NCBI GenBank assembly: GCA_021432655.1
Contig: MU271190.1
Location: 15,866 to 79,865 of the forward strand
Length of the DNA: 64,000 bases
Origin: Atractiella rhizophila
Taxonomy: Eukaryota
Reading direction: 5' to 3'
In this document: positions 37,829 to 51,469 of the stretch, piece after piece
How positions within the stretch are numbered: the stretch's first letter is position 1
How the letters are laid out: each line of letters starts with the position of its first letter
Position numbers and translations under genes: made by a program
The notes under the pieces: generated by a model
Told to the model about the DNA's origin: nothing
Seen by the model: only the letters and a program-made list of their open reading frames with translations
Databases searched by the model: none

Positions 37829-40153
37829 ATGAGCAGCAGCACTAGCACCGTTCTAGGGAAGAGACCACGGACATTCAGCAGAGGAGCGGATGATCCCTTT
37901 GCCACGGGAATGCTGCAATCCTCAAGCAATGCCAGACGTCGGTACCTTCAAGAAACCTCTCTCCCTAAGAAGTACGAACATTCGGTGTATATGTTTTCCT
38001 TTTCATAGTCTGTGAGAACTCACGACTCTTTCTCAGAGATTTAATTGGCCATTACGGATGCGTCAACACTCTGAACATATCACCGAACGGACGATGGCTC
38101 GCCAGTGGTGGCGACGGTGAGCTCTCTTTTTGGTTCTCTCCGACTTTCTTCTGTCATTCAAGCTTCTGACGACCTTTGGACGGATTTAGACAAACGAATT
38201 CTCATTTGGGACACTTTCTCTGACATTTGTGCAATGACGCCAAGCACCATCCTTACTGGACATCAAGTTCGTTTTCAGGATTTCTCCTATTTTGCTTCCA
38301 AAAGTAATTAATCCAATCCAGAGCAATATCTTCTCCGTGTCCTTTTCTAAAGACAACACCAAGCTGTTCTCGTGGGTCTTCTGTTCCTTTGCAACCGGAG
38401 TCGTTTGATATACCTCCTTCCCCTCAGAGGTGCGAATGATGACCTTGTTCACATATACGACCTCGAAGTGGGACTCTCTGTGTCCACATCACATTCTCGT
38501 GGGAAGGAGGCGAGAACCTACGATCCCATCAATATACGGAGAGAGCATATGGTATATCTCTGCTCCAGAGTAAAACTTGAGTTTTATTTCCATCAAGGCA
38601 CCAGTTAATCGCGTAGATGCACATCCTGTCATCCCAACCCTCTTCATCTCCTCGAGGTATGGATTTCCCCTCTTCCCTAATACGGTGACATGTGACATGG
38701 AAATGGAAATCGGATATCGTAGTCAGGATGGAACGGTGCGCCAATACGACACTCGAACCCCAGATACGTCTGTCGGCGTCCTTTATTTCCATGAGGAAGA
38801 ATTTAAAAGGCAATCTTTTAATGATTGCTTGTACAATCCTCAAATGCCGGAACAAATCGCCACCGCAGGACCGGATAGCAATATATTGTGCGGTTTCTCC
38901 TCAGGTTCCCTCAACGGCACGCAAAAGTGACAACTCCTTTGGTAGTTTGCATGACGTACGGACTTGCTTTGGGACTCGTGGAGGGGATCTCAAAGATCGC
39001 GCCGTGATGGAGGTGTGCACTCCTTCTCCAACCCGAAAGGCATGATGTATCAAATTTTCATAGTTCGCCACGAACCTGTCTCGCCGAAAACTTCTGCAAA
39101 CGCCACGTCCAGAATGCAATTCTCTTGCTTTCTCTCCGTGTGGTACTCTGCTCGCTGCACACTTGAGTCATTGGGCTCCAACACTTTGGTCGCTTGACGA
39201 TCCTCTTCCTGTGGCAATAATGGAAGGGGAAGGTTTTCTTGACAATTGTACGACGAAGGTGAATTTCAATTCTCCTCGCCCATACCCGAATTGTGAGGCT
39301 GATACTGAGTATACAGCACGGAGCCTTTGGAAGTGTCGGCGACAGGTTGCTCTTTGCTGCCGGATCCGATAATTACGATGCATTCGTATGGGAGGTCCCC
39401 CCAGTGTCACAGTTGAAAACTTTGCGACAAGAAGTCGACTTTGAGGCTTGGATGAAGGACGAGACTTTCAACGACCCGAAAAACGAAACAGGTACAGTAC
39501 ATCTTCTCCCACGAAATCTTGTGAGCTCACTCTTTACTCGGATAGCCTTCGCGGTGCAGAAATACACAAATCGTTTTCTCCCAGCTCGCCTGCCAGCACA
39601 TGAGCGCCTCACACCCCACCGTTCCATAGTGAACAACGTGATTTTCCACCCCACCCTCCCATATCTCTTCACGAGCGGCATTGAGAAGCGCATTATTGCC
39701 CATTCTCCTCTTGAATTTTCAAATCCCCATCGATCCTCGAGCGTGAACGCCACTGAACAGAGAAAGAGAATCCAATTCAAGTATCCTCTCAACGCAGCGG
39801 CTGTCGTCCTCATGCACGATCTTGCTTGGACTCTTACTCCGGATGATGAAGACGACGAGACGGAGTTGTATGAACAGGTCAGGCTCCGAGAGGACGAAGG
39901 TGCGCGCTTTTTATCTTCCTTCGTCTTTTGCTAACGCTAGGCTGAACGGCAAGATGTCATACTCTATTTCGATGCTTTAGCGCAGGACGAAGCAAATCAA
40001 GAGGACATCCTTTTTAAAGGGCGCACTGAAGAAAGTCGCTTGTGGGATGCTTTAGCTTTTGATTCCTCAACCGAACTGGATTCAAGTTCGGCAGAGGGCG
40101 AACTTGATTTTGAACTTGAAGAGGAGGAGATCCAGGATGAGGATGAAGTGTAG
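37829..40153 (+). CDS. WD40-repeat protein, DCAF5/DCAF8-like
   Basis: LIGHYGCVNTLNISPNGRWLASGGD-DKRILIWD, SQDGTVRQYD, AAGSDN, HRSIVNNVIFHP..TSGIEK, and an acidic tail. Confidence 0.85.
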
Positions 40154-40432
40154 TCTGTACTCTCTTTCAACTTTACTCGCATTCTCCTCACAAAAATGCA
40201 GGTCGTTTTAAATACCGCCTTGCAATTGATATTTACTCTTCTTTTGCTGTCATTGTCTCATTGTCTCCGTCTCCTCTCCCTCCGGGCCGAGAGCATGCCG
40301 GAAGAAAGGCTCCGCTGGACCACAATTACAAACAAAAGAGAAGACGTCGACGAAAGCCAACGCCTGCAAAACCCTTCCTCCTCCAACCTCAGCTGATTAG
40401 TCCTTAGTCTTTCCATTGATATTATTGCAAAG

Positions 40433-41967
40433 ATGGCCACGACAATGAAAGCTCTCGTTGTGAAGGGGCCGTTTAAGGTAGCAGTAGAAGATCGTGATAT
40501 TCCAGTTCCCCAATCTCCAGGGGATGTGATCGTCAAGGTGAGCTATTCTCACCAGATAGTGGTTAGAACTGATCAAACGCTGATTCAAGGTTACCACTTC
40601 CGCTCTTTGTGGTTCAGGTTAGTGACTTCTGCAAAGCCAGTCAAAACCACGGGCTAATCGGCATCGCTTAGACCTCCATGTCTATCGTGGGCGTGAAGAT
40701 AATGCAACCTGGAATTTTGTAATGGTATGCGATCCTACAGATGTTGGATTCCAAGACTCAAGCGACGTCCCCAGGGACACGAGTTCGTGGGAGTAATACA
40801 CTCACTACATCCTCAAACTACAGTCAAGAGTTTCAAGATTGGCGATAAAGTGATTTCGCCGTTTACGATCAGTTGTGGCGACTGCTTCTTCTGCCAAAAG
40901 GGCTGGACCAGTCGGTGAGTTGCGTTCCGCGCTTATCTCAAAAGAGACTGACCCTCGTCACCTTGTAGATGCGAGCAGAGCGTCCTGTTTGGGTGTCCCA
41001 AACTTGATGGGGGCCAGGCTGAATACGTCAGGGTTCCTTTGGCAGAGTCAACGCTTTTCCATGCGCCAACTGACATCAAAGAAGCCAATTTGATAATTTT
41101 GGCTGATATTCTACCTACCGGTCTCTTTGCAGCCAAGAACGCTTGGAGTATGCTCAATGAGGAGGAGCGTAAAGATGCAATCGCCGTCGTTCTCGGTTGT
41201 GGTCCAGTAAGTCGTTTTCTCACTCCCCAAACAAATGAGATGGAACTTTTGTAGGTCGGACTTTGTGCTATCACCGCTGCTGTTCAGCGCTTTTCTAAGG
41301 TCATAGCAATTGACAGCGTTCCAGAACGACTAGGTAAGCAGCTCAAACCTTCGGCTCTTAGAGACATTTACCAAATTAACTAGCTCAAGCTGAGGAACAT
41401 GGAGCGATCACAGTCAATCTACAGTCATCGTCTCCAACCCCCAAAGAGTTCATTCTCTCTCACACGAACGGAAGGGGAGCCGATGCAGCTCTCGAAATCG
41501 TTGGTTCTCCTGACGCTCTCAAATTAGGCATTGATCTAGTACGGAATGGAGGAGTCGTGGCCTCTGTTGGTGAGCAAAGGCATTCTATTTTCTTTTCATG
41601 GCTAAGGGGCATGCCACAGGGGTGCATGGCCCGAAGATCGAACTGGAAGGTAGTTTATTGTATAATAAGAATGTCAGGTTGCAATTTGGTCGTTGCCCTG
41701 GTCAGTATCGTTTTATTATAGATCGTTACTGAACCATGATAACAGTTCGAGCGTTGTTTCCGGAGGCTCTGGAACTCTTGAAGAAAATTTCAAAGGAAAG
41801 TGATCTGTTTGAGAGATTTGTTCAGAAACGTGTTGGGCTCTCCGAGGCACCTTTGGTATGTCCTTTCGCTAAATGTGCATGGACGATGCACTTAACAAGC
41901 ATGGAAACAGTATTATCAGTTATTCAACGAGCAAAAAGTCGGTAAAACAGTTTTCAATGGCGTTTGA
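40433..41967 (+). CDS. Zn-dependent alcohol dehydrogenase (MDR family)
   Basis: LCGS-DLHVYRG, GHEFVG, CGDCFFCQKG...C, LADILPTG, VLGCGPVG. Confidence 0.93.
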
Positions 41968-42059
41968 ACGAAGCCTTGTATTGAAACAGTGCAAAATGAA
42001 ATGAGATCCTTGTCTAGTACACTGTGAAGACATTCTTACATACAAAAAGCAAAAGGACT

Positions 42060-43403
42060 TCAATTCCCACCTCCTTTACTTTCCAACGTGCAAACGTCTA
42101 GCGTAGTCTGCACACCCTTCCAAATCTTCTGTTCTGCGACCCTCATCTCCTTCACCGCCTGCGTGAGCGCTGGCACCTGGGATTGCGCTTGAGATGGAGG
42201 TGGAGGCACCATCGGCGTGCGTTGTGGGCGTGAGAAAGCCGTCGTCGGCGCTACGGATGGAGAAGGGACGTTAGGTGGCTTCGGGAAGGACGGTGCTGTT
42301 ATGGAAGACGCTTGTGTTGGTTTCGAGCCCGTTTGCTCCAACATGCCAAGGACGTTTGCTACCCAATTTGCGTTCGTAAGATTGGAGAGATCTGCTGGAC
42401 TTTCAAGATGCTATTCACGTCTCTCAAGTTAACCATGGATACAACACTGTTAGAGTTATTTAGACTCACAGCTTTAACACGCTTGTATGCAGCCTCCCTG
42501 CCCCTCTGCTCCCTAATCACCTCTTCGGTCCCAAATTTATGGTATATTCGTGTATCGAATATCCGGAAGAGAACCTGATCGACTCGGAGGAAGAAGCGAG
42601 CAAGGATGAAAAAGCAGCTGGGCATTACTCTCTTCATGGAAGCGACGCATAAGTGTATACACCAGTGAAAAGGCAAAAATGAGGCTTACAATTTTCACGC
42701 TAAAATATGAGGTTCCGTTGTCCCCTAACTCATCTTCGAAGAAGGGAACGTCATCGTAGAAGAATATAGGTTCTGGTACTGTGAGAGAAGCTAATGGAAT
42801 GCCTGGGTGCGAAGGAGGAGGAGGGGTGAAATTCTGTAACCCCTGTCATTTCTGAGACATAGAGGGGAGAGGATGTACGCTGGAGGAAGGAGAGCAACGT
42901 CCTGGGTAACAAGTACTATACGTCCAATCATATGGCTTCTGCACAACTGCAGCCTGACTCTCTGGCGTCGCGTTGGCAGGATTCGATCTTCAAACCGAAA
43001 ACACGATGACCACGTTGCACCATTTTGGTACAGAAACAGAAAACGTACCTACCCCTTTCCCACTCATCGGCATAAGCAACCTTGATTCCCGTCCCTTCTC
43101 CAACCTCAACCTCTCTCAGCGCCTCCAATCCCTCAATCTCATACTCGAATCCGAATTGCTCATTCGATATTCTCAGGTAATTCTCCCCAAAGACGATTTC
43201 TGGTAGGTTAACAGGCACGGTTTTTGAGATCCTACCCATGGATTACGAAAGTGAGCAATGAACTGGACGAGAAGAACCTACTCTTCAAGTTGCGCCGAAT
43301 TCGAGATCGGTTTCTTACGCGTCTCTATCTTCCAGCCATTGACGAGTATAGAACGCACAGCTCCGTCCTCAACCACCTCAGGCTGCTTCAAGTTGGTCGC
43401 CAT
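42060..43403 (-). CDS. TIP41: TIP41 (PP2A/Tap42-interacting regulator)
   Basis: GWKIETRKKPISNS, LPEIVFGEN, YDWTYSTCYPG, PIFFYDDVPFFEDELGDNG, RVMPSCFFILARFFLRVDQVLFRIFDTRIYH. Confidence 0.95.
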
Positions 43404-43888
43404 TAATGCATTTCCGATCGTCGATCACAACTTCACAAGTCAGTGCACAGGCACACATGACACAGGACATGTGTATTTGTATTTAAGTATTTAACAAAAG
43501 CAGAAGGATTATTGAGATGCAGGTACACGAGTATATAACATACGGTGCTTTATTTGCTTATTCGGATCGAATGAAATCAAGTAAGGCAAAGAAGGGGGGA
43601 GAAATGGCATAGGTACTGTGACTTGAAGATGGAAGAACGAGAACAGGAACGAGGCAAAGAGAAGCATGGTTACGTTACTTTGTTGGAGGAAAATGAATGA
43701 TTCTGTGCTTTTTTAATCAACAAGCGTGAATTCGAATACTAGGATCCTAGGAGAGAAAGGGATTGAGACCAGACAGACGAGACCCAAAGAAATCAAGACT
43801 CATAAGAAAAACAACGTTAAGATCTAGATGATTAGAAAGCTATCGACAAACCGCCTCGAAAACAAGAATACCCACACATATGCAACAA

Positions 43889-46225
43889 TTAGTCCGCTCC
43901 ATTGCCATGGGTATAACTGCTCCCTTGATACCCCTCATCTTCCTCTCCGATCTCAGCGGTCCTTTCCCCCATCTTCCTCGCATAGATAATACTGCTATCC
44001 TCCAACGCCGGATGCCTCGCGTGAGAATGGGGATGTGGATGAACCGGTCTCCTCTGCCTCTGCTCCACGAAGTCAGGTGGCGGTTTCCGGATCTCCACTT
44101 TCTTCTCCAAGCTCCTCGCAGGGGTGAAGTACAGTGGCGCGACAGGTTGAACCAAGGGATGAGGCGACAGTTCATATTCAGAGGCATAGTAAGTAGGGAC
44201 AGGCTGGAAAGGGGGAGGAGTAGGCGTGAAGTATCCACTTGTCATCGGATATGGATGATGGTAGACTGGTTGTGGAGGAGCGTAATAGGGATCGAAATAT
44301 CCGTAACCTGCTGGTGGTGGAGACATGACCTGTTGTTGAGGAGGGACAGACGCGGCGTAAGGTGGAGTAGGAGCGAAGAAAGCGGATGGGGAGGCAGGCA
44401 GTGGTTGCGGGTATTGAGGGGAAACGTAAACGGGGTAGACTGGAGAAATGGTTGGAGGAGGAGGCAGCACCGGAGGCAGATAAGCAGCGGTGGCAGGAGA
44501 AGCTTCTCGCATGAAAGGCGGCTCTTCCAATTCCACGTAAGTCGGTCGAGGTGGAGGCGCCTTTGCCTTGGGTTTCGAAGTGGATGCTACGGGCTCCATG
44601 ATCTCCACCGTCGTAGTAGCGACCATGGCTGGAGACTGTACCTCCTCCTTCTGCGCGATCTCCTCGGCAGGCGGGCCGGGGAAGTCCTTCTTGCCTTCCC
44701 TCAGCTTTTGCCAGCTGTTGCCGTGTCCGAGCTTCACTGATGACTGTAACAACGCCTTCCCTTCCCCAATCGAGGCTTCGGATTCAGGCTTGACCTTTAA
44801 CCTAAACCGCCAACCTCCCTCCCTCTCCCTATACCCTTCCCTGACCCTCGCACCCAACTTAATCCTCCCAAGCACAATTTTAGAGCCAATCTCCTCCTCT
44901 CCCTCCCTTGCACCAGGACGGTCAATGACGAAGGCCCTACTATCGCGTTCGTTAAAGAGGAATGGTACGGAGGACTTGACGGTCCATGCCGGTTCAGGTC
45001 TTTCTGAGCGGTCCATTCCAGTTGGAGTGCCTTGATATGAGAAGGTGCGGCGACGAAGATTTGAAGGGTGATAGGGGAGGGAAGACAGCTTTGGAGGACG
45101 GTATGGCCTCGCCTGAGAATCCGCCGCCTCTTCCGTGGAGTCTGCCGGCAGAGGAAAGTCGACTGAGGAGCGTGATGGTGCCATCCTCCCGCCCACGTTA
45201 TGAAAGCCTCCTCTCCCCCTTCCCCTTCCTCTTCCATACACATAAGATCTACGCTCCTCCTCTCCATCATAAAGATCGTGACTCCACGCTTCCTCCTTCT
45301 CTACCTCCTTTTCTTGGATCCCTTCAGCCTCACGCCCCCGTTCACGATCTACCATCCTCCTTCCTCCCCTCCCTCTCCCTCTCCCTCCTCCACGCCACCA
45401 ACTGCTCAGGCCCTTCAAATCATCCTCCAGGAGCCGCTCATCATGTGTCCAAAACCTTCCCAATTTCGGAACATAGGACGGATCAGTCGAGAGACGCTGA
45501 GTGTACTTTGTTCTCGGAGAAGGTGCACGTGGACCCTCTCGTTTCTCCTTCTGATAGACGGCTTCTTCCGTGATCGCAGTGGGAGGGATGTCAACAGAAG
45601 CGGAGGTGGATGGTTGATTCGACACAGGCGATTGAACAGATTTCGTCGTCTCTTTGAGCGCAAGCTTTCGTTCCTTCCTCTTCTCTTTCTGCCTCAACTT
45701 CTTCTCCTTCCTCTTCTGCTCCATCCTTTCCTCCTTCGCTTTCCTGCTTTCCTCCTTGCTCGCCTTTCCATTCCACGACTCCTTCGTTTGCGTTTGTCTA
45801 TCCTTTGACGTCGAAGAAGAGTTGACAAACGTGTCAAACTCGATGACCGGGAGAGAGGTATCCTTCCCGTCCTTCTCCATCACTGACTCGGACCACAAGG
45901 CCAGCCGGTTCGTCTTAGGGGGTGAGGCTGGGCCAGCCTGAGGAGGAGGCGGCGGAGTGGCTATTTTAGCTCTCCTAGGAGCGTCCTCCACTTCCTCTTC
46001 CTCATCCTCATCCTCCGACACCGCGTCACTCACGAACGAATGCTCGGAATCGTCCCTCATCGAACCCGAACCGTCTGCGAGGCCAACGCCAGCGCCATCG
46101 CTCTCGCTCTCGCTCTCGTCCATCACCCCCCTCCTGCCCCTACGTGCCCTCCTGTGCTTAGACGCAGCTTTCGTTTTCAGGTCGTCGCTATTGTTGTTCC
46201 TCAACGAAGAGGCGGGTCGTGACAT
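43889..46225 (-). CDS. CASC3/Barentsz (Btz domain) exon-junction-complex protein
   Basis: DPSYVPKLGRFWTHDER and WSHDLYD Btz motifs, RGG segments and a Pro/Tyr-rich C-terminus. Intronless. Confidence 0.85.
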   Translation of the reverse strand: MSRPASSLRNNNSDDLKTKAASKHRRARRGRRGVMDESESESDGAGVGLADGSGSMRDDSEHSFVSDAVSEDEDEEEEVEDAPRRAKIATPPPPPQAGPASPPKTNRLALWSESVMEKDGKDTSLPVIEFDTFVNSSSTSKDRQTQTKESWNGKASKEESRKAKEERMEQKRKEKKLRQKEKRKERKLALKETTKSVQSPVSNQPSTSASVDIPPTAITEEAVYQKEKREGPRAPSPRTKYTQRLSTDPSYVPKLGRFWTHDERLLEDDLKGLSSWWRGGGRGRGRGGRRMVDRERGREAEGIQEKEVEKEEAWSHDLYDGEEERRSYVYGRGRGRGRGGFHNVGGRMAPSRSSVDFPLPADSTEEAADSQARPYRPPKLSSLPYHPSNLRRRTFSYQGTPTGMDRSERPEPAWTVKSSVPFLFNERDSRAFVIDRPGAREGEEEIGSKIVLGRIKLGARVREGYREREGGWRFRLKVKPESEASIGEGKALLQSSVKLGHGNSWQKLREGKKDFPGPPAEEIAQKEEVQSPAMVATTTVEIMEPVASTSKPKAKAPPPRPTYVELEEPPFMREASPATAAYLPPVLPPPPTISPVYPVYVSPQYPQPLPASPSAFFAPTPPYAASVPPQQQVMSPPPAGYGYFDPYYAPPQPVYHHPYPMTSGYFTPTPPPFQPVPTYYASEYELSPHPLVQPVAPLYFTPARSLEKKVEIRKPPPDFVEQRQRRPVHPHPHSHARHPALEDSSIIYARKMGERTAEIGEEDEGYQGSSYTHGNGAD

Positions 46226-48494
46226 GTTTCTGCTCACTCATGTACTCAGCTCCACTCCTGCCTGAACACGTAGCGCGAAGGGAAACTCACAAGGGATATA
46301 AATGGTATTACTCGATGCTATGAACTTTTGGACTCCAAATAACGCGACGGAGTGGTTGAGGTCGTCGTTTCGTGACGGAAAAGTTTGACGGACTGTCGTT
46401 CGCCACCCGCAGCAGAAGCGAGTCACGAATCACCAAAATCTTCCTGCTTTCTGTAAACAACCTCAGGATGGATTGGGACTTTAGCTACGATTTGATTTAC
46501 GATGACACTTTAGGACGGTTTATGAGGAGATGAGGCTGAAATCACGGGCTCATAGTGGAAGGAACAAAGAACTGCCGGATGGGATGGCGTTTCGTGAGCT
46601 TCTGATTTACTGTAAAGCTTCAAGGAGAAGGGCATACGTCTGTCGTCGTGCATTCAAGTTATCCGCAATGGAGACGAGACGAAGGTTGCTGAGTTGCTGA
46701 CAAGTGCATGAGGGGCAGCGTAAAAGTTGGAAGCCCTCCTGCCAGCCAACACTCTGTCATATCCTGCTCAGAATCAGCGAATCACATTCCCTGATTATAT
46801 ATTTGAATTGCAATTGTTCGAGTGCTCTTTTATGATGACGTTCGTTGTCGGAGCGCTTTTGCACCAAAAATGTGCAGACTCGGAGAGCCAACCACTTTGG
46901 CTCCAGTCTTCATCCCAGTTACCCCAGCCGACAGAATGTAAACTATATCCTACCTGCTCTAAGCTGGCCTGGTCATGCGTAAACGGTGACTTTTATGGGG
47001 ATGGACGTGCGCAAGTGAACTGACTAGCATATGCTGGCCGCAATAAGCCACGCCATCGGAACCCTCGTCATCGGACTTTTTTAAGTGTTGACTGTCCCCA
47101 ACCACGTTCATTCGAAGGGAACTGTCCGTCGGTAGAGAGGATTTGGAGGCAGCGCTTGCAGAGAGCACGGCTCGAGCAATGATTTCGTGGATGAGAATAG
47201 CAACGAGTCTACTACAAGCAAGTAATGATTTGAAAGTGGAACGGTGGAAGATTCAGGTCAAAGACCTTTCTTTCTTCGATCTTTGAACCCTCCAGCAGCT
47301 TCTTCCAACTATGAATACCAACACGGAACGGTCCACTTGAAAGAATTGACAGGCAAATGCTGTCTAGAGTGCTCATTGTTGCTGTGAACGGATGGAAGCA
47401 TCACCGGAAGGCCATTGGCTGGTGGCTCCTGTGAAAACTTCGTGAACACTGCATGATCTGTACATCATCGGCATGGCACATTGACGATTCAGTCAACGAG
47501 AATCCGATTTGGATGCGCATCCAAGATATCCAAATAACTTGCTTATCGGTGCCTCATGACATCCTAGTGAGAGTCGGAGAGCTGGTGTTCCATGGTCTTT
47601 CGGCAGTCATAAAGAGAAGTTCTTGGATATGAAAACAAAGGAGTAAGAAAAAAGATGACGCCTCACTAAGGCTGTAGAATAAGAATGTGGTAGCTGGTTC
47701 GTTCTTTTTTTTGGACAGCGAGATGACTGAGTGGATAGGAGGTAGGTAGGTAGGCTTGTACTTTACATGCCCAGATGCCTCTTGACTCAGACACGTGGCT
47801 CTGTTATAAACTTAAAAGCAGAAGGGCACCAGCGTCTGAGGTGGAAGGCTAAAAGTCGGCGCAGCTTTGTTTGCGTTGCGTACAGTGGCTCAGAAACTTA
47901 TTGGAGCCCTGCGTTCTTCACAGCATAGGGCTCTTAGCTCTGCACTTAGCAGTGTTATGAGCCTAACAATATATTGCAACTTGGAATGTGGATATGTTCA
48001 GAACTTGACTTTGATCTGCCTACTAGGTTGAGAGTTCGAGAGATAGGACCGCTGTATATGAAGGAGAGTTCGTCATAGTGGGGTAAGAGTGCATCAGGGA
48101 TAGAGAGGGTAGTTACGAGAGGTATAGCAACTGCTTCAAGCGAAGCTATAAACATTCCAAGTACACAGTACCTGTACACTTGTGAGAAGCAATGCTGTTG
48201 GTCCTCAAACTCGCCAATCCATTTCCACAACTGGTTTGCAATCCTAATGTTTAAAATGGCAGCGCTCTTAGATGTGGTTTGAGCGCTGTCAAAGAGCAGA
48301 TTCGAGGACATGATTTACTCTCGGCAGATCTAACCGAAAGGAGCCATACACAGTGTGTCTTGTGGAGGCACACAAAGGGGTATGGGGAATGGAGGTGGAG
48401 TTAGTGAGAACTCAGGCTGACCAATTTTGGTTTAATAAGACAGATGCGATAATAGGAAGGAGGAGGTAGGACAGATTAAGAGATTGATGTGATC

Positions 48495-48665
48495 TGCGCC
48501 TACGCCGGTCCTTTCGTGACTTTTGAGGGGTGCTGTAACAGCCAAACCTACGATGGCAGCGCCGACGAGAATGACCCAGACGCTGACGGCCGTTGAGAAT
48601 ATGTCCTCTAGACAAAGGCCAATCGGGTAGGCAGAAGCACTAATGCCATGGTGAGTAGCGCATAT
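48495..48665 (-). pseudogene. Diverged internal fragment of the TRP-like gene (cf. 21200-21365)
   Basis: HGISASAYPIGLCLEDIFSTAVSVWVILVGAAIV vs HGISNFAYAIGLRPEDLFPTAITFWLILVGAAIV; shared AGTCACGAAAGG. Confidence 0.8.
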
Positions 48666-49190
48666 CCCTATCCATAACGCACCCCATCGCTCACATACGG
48701 AACACAGCGAGATAAGCAAACAAACTGAACGTTGTTCTCTCCGAGTTCGCACTACAGATGGAGTCAAAGGGTACAAACCAAAGTTGAGGACAACGTAACA
48801 AGCTTCGAACAACAATGCTGGATAACGATGCTTAGAAGAATGTATTTGACCATCAGTTAGATAATGTCTTCTCAGTTTGAGCGCGTGAGTTTTGCGTGAT
48901 CCATGTTGAAAGTGGTTTTCTGCAACTGCAGGTGCAGGGCGAAACGAGCCTGAATCCCCTTTGATCGTTGAGTGGAGAGATGAAAGTGCCGCGAAATTGC
49001 GATGGCATGTCACGAATCACATCGATGACATCAATGACAATACAATATTCAACACAAGCAGCTCCAGGAACTCTAGAATAACTTCGTTCACGAGAAGAAC
49101 AAATCTCTTATATAAGCGGAACCCCATCTGTTTATAAGGCACGGCGTGTCGAAGTCTGAATCTCCCTCACCATCAACATCGCGTTCCATT

Positions 49191-50525
49191 ATGCAGTCCA
49201 CAGGGAGAGATTCGTCTGACTGCAACACGTTGAGATTCCGTCTCGCTGTCAGGAGTAGAAGTCTGCTAGACTTATTGACTCGAGTGCGACCACGGAGGTC
49301 GTCTCACACCTCCGATAGATCCCCTGTTGTCGAAGATGCTCCTACGCCGTATCTTGCACCATCTAGCGAAACTGTCCCTACTATCTACGAACGTCCTACG
49401 ACTGATAGGCTTGATACAACTCGATTGCTTCCGGTTCCCATTCCCACCTTGACCTTGGTGAGTCCATGCGAATCTGTTGACAACGAGGCATTTCCCCTTC
49501 TGCGTCGAGGTCCTCCTTCAGCGCGGAGCTCAGGGGGCTCTCCCTCGACTCCTACCGCAGAGCTCACGGTTACTCGGTCAGAATCCTGGATCAGCCGTTC
49601 CTCATCCGATGGTGCAACACTCTATCCTCGACTGGACGATAATCGAGAACAAATTTTTCTTGAAGCAACCTTAAGCATTGGCGATATTCACACTTCAACA
49701 GGTTCCTCTCATCGCCCACTTGGCGCAGAGTTTTCTATTACCAGGGATAATCTGCCTCCGACATTTGCGTCGACTTGTTCTCGATCTCCAGCCATCCAAG
49801 TCGACGATGCGGGAGATAATCCTGCCGGAGATTTTGTGACATCTGGTCTTTTCTTCGACAGTCTGGACAACAATTACCCTCTGGTTGATTCTGGTTTCGG
49901 TGAATTCTCTCAGAGTTGGTCGCCAATACTTCGCTCTATCAACGAAACGCTGAATTCTGAGCGAGACCTTTTTGATACTGACGTTTGTCACGAGGAATTT
50001 ATCCCAGCCCCAGGTGCCCAGGCTGTGGAGGATTCAAGCCCGAATGAAGGCAGTTCCCATTCTCCTACAGTCGTTTTGGAACCTTTGAACGCCATCAAGG
50101 CTTCACCGCATGGCGGGATTCTCACAATCTACCCAATGACGGACGATCTTATCTCTTACTGGGACCATCAAAATAAAAAGCTTCACACAAAGGTCCCTCG
50201 TTATCCTTCAGAAATGTTTCATTGCGTAAAAACGAAACAGATGAAACATCGGTGGAAGAGACTTGTGTTTGATAAGCAAACCTACGTAGAAGTTCGACTA
50301 GGGGGGAAGGTTGTCCTGCCCTCAGATGGTGGTGAAGGTGCGCTTTCGTTAAGTTTATGGTATGTGATACGTTCTTATATGATGCAGTAGAATGGTTCAA
50401 AGGACAGCTGCTACACATCGGTTTGTGCTTCCTCAAGTTGCCCACTCTCCACTGAGCACCTTTCCAACAGGCAACTGTCAAAATCCGTCCTTCAAGTTTC
50501 TCTCGGAGGACTTCACGACAAATGA
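49191..50525 (+). CDS. Hypothetical Ser/Pro-rich protein
   Basis: ~400-codon ORF after TATA-like motifs (49108, 49132). Likely intron from 50360. The 3' end is uncertain. Confidence 0.5.
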
Positions 50526-51246
50526 CCCAAACAACCCACCGATGCTTGCTGGCGATCCTTTCGTCGCAAGGCCCATCAGGGCGAGGTCGGTCTTTTCTCT
50601 TGCTCTGCCATGTGGCTGGAACCCATCTGACCGCGATGGTAGGAAACACATTGCCACCAGCAGATGCCCCGCTCACGACCAACAAGAAAGTCTTATTGAG
50701 CTATGTCGCTTACAGGTTGAGCTGGTCAACTCTCGTTCTCGGTCCAAGACCACCAAGCGCAGCTCCAAGATCAGGTCCAGGACCAGCAAGTCTAGAGTTA
50801 GAGCCTAGAGCGGTAGAGTGACGTTGGTTGGCCTACACTCTTTCTCTTTATGTTCGTCTTTTCAACCTCACCCGTCCAAACTGATTCCTTCATCGTGATA
50901 CAGTCAACTGGAATGTTCGAAGTCGATCACACTTTTTATTTCCTTATTCTTCCTTGACTACACATGGCAGTGCCTCAAGAAGTGTATGATGTATGATGAG
51001 ATGTATGAGCATGCTAGGTTGGCTGTATCCTTGTGGCGAATGGTGGTTTTCCGAATTGCATGAGTCCAAATCAGGGTAGGATGGTATATCTGTAGAGTAT
51101 TCAAATGAATATAGTAACTTTAAGAAGCCTGCCGCGCGCCAGACCATGCTTCCATTACCTCTGGAGTTTACCCTGAACTCGAACCAGGTCAGGATCACGT
51201 GCTGAGGAATCCTTTTCGTTGATGAGCTGAGCTGAGGTTTTCATTC

Positions 51247-51469
51247 ACCACTTGCGCGCTTGCGCGTTTAGTTTCCTTCGAGCGCTTTTTGGAACTGTGG
51301 CCAATCTTTGCCACAGGGATCTCTCTGTTATAAAAGCTTGTAGACATGCTAGTGCGAGATTCATACTCAGTGTTATCTCGCACTTCGCAGGTAATGTAGT
51401 TTCCTTACCAACTGAATGCAATTGATACTCAGTGTTATCTCGCACTTCGCAGCGCTTATACATTTGTCA
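51247..51469 (+). promoter_or_regulatory. TATA + hairpin-exon / duplicated-3'-end intron module, instance 4
   Basis: TATAAAA at 51329. 10-bp stem at 51351-51360 and 51375-51384. 28-nt direct repeat at 51363-51390 and 51425-51452. GTAATGT...GCAG intron at 51391-51452 (62 nt). Confidence 0.7.

Noticed and set aside
43880..45808. Long plus-strand ORFs, and likewise 63231-63905 on the minus strand
   Set aside because: Antisense shadows of the CASC3 gene and of the TPR array.
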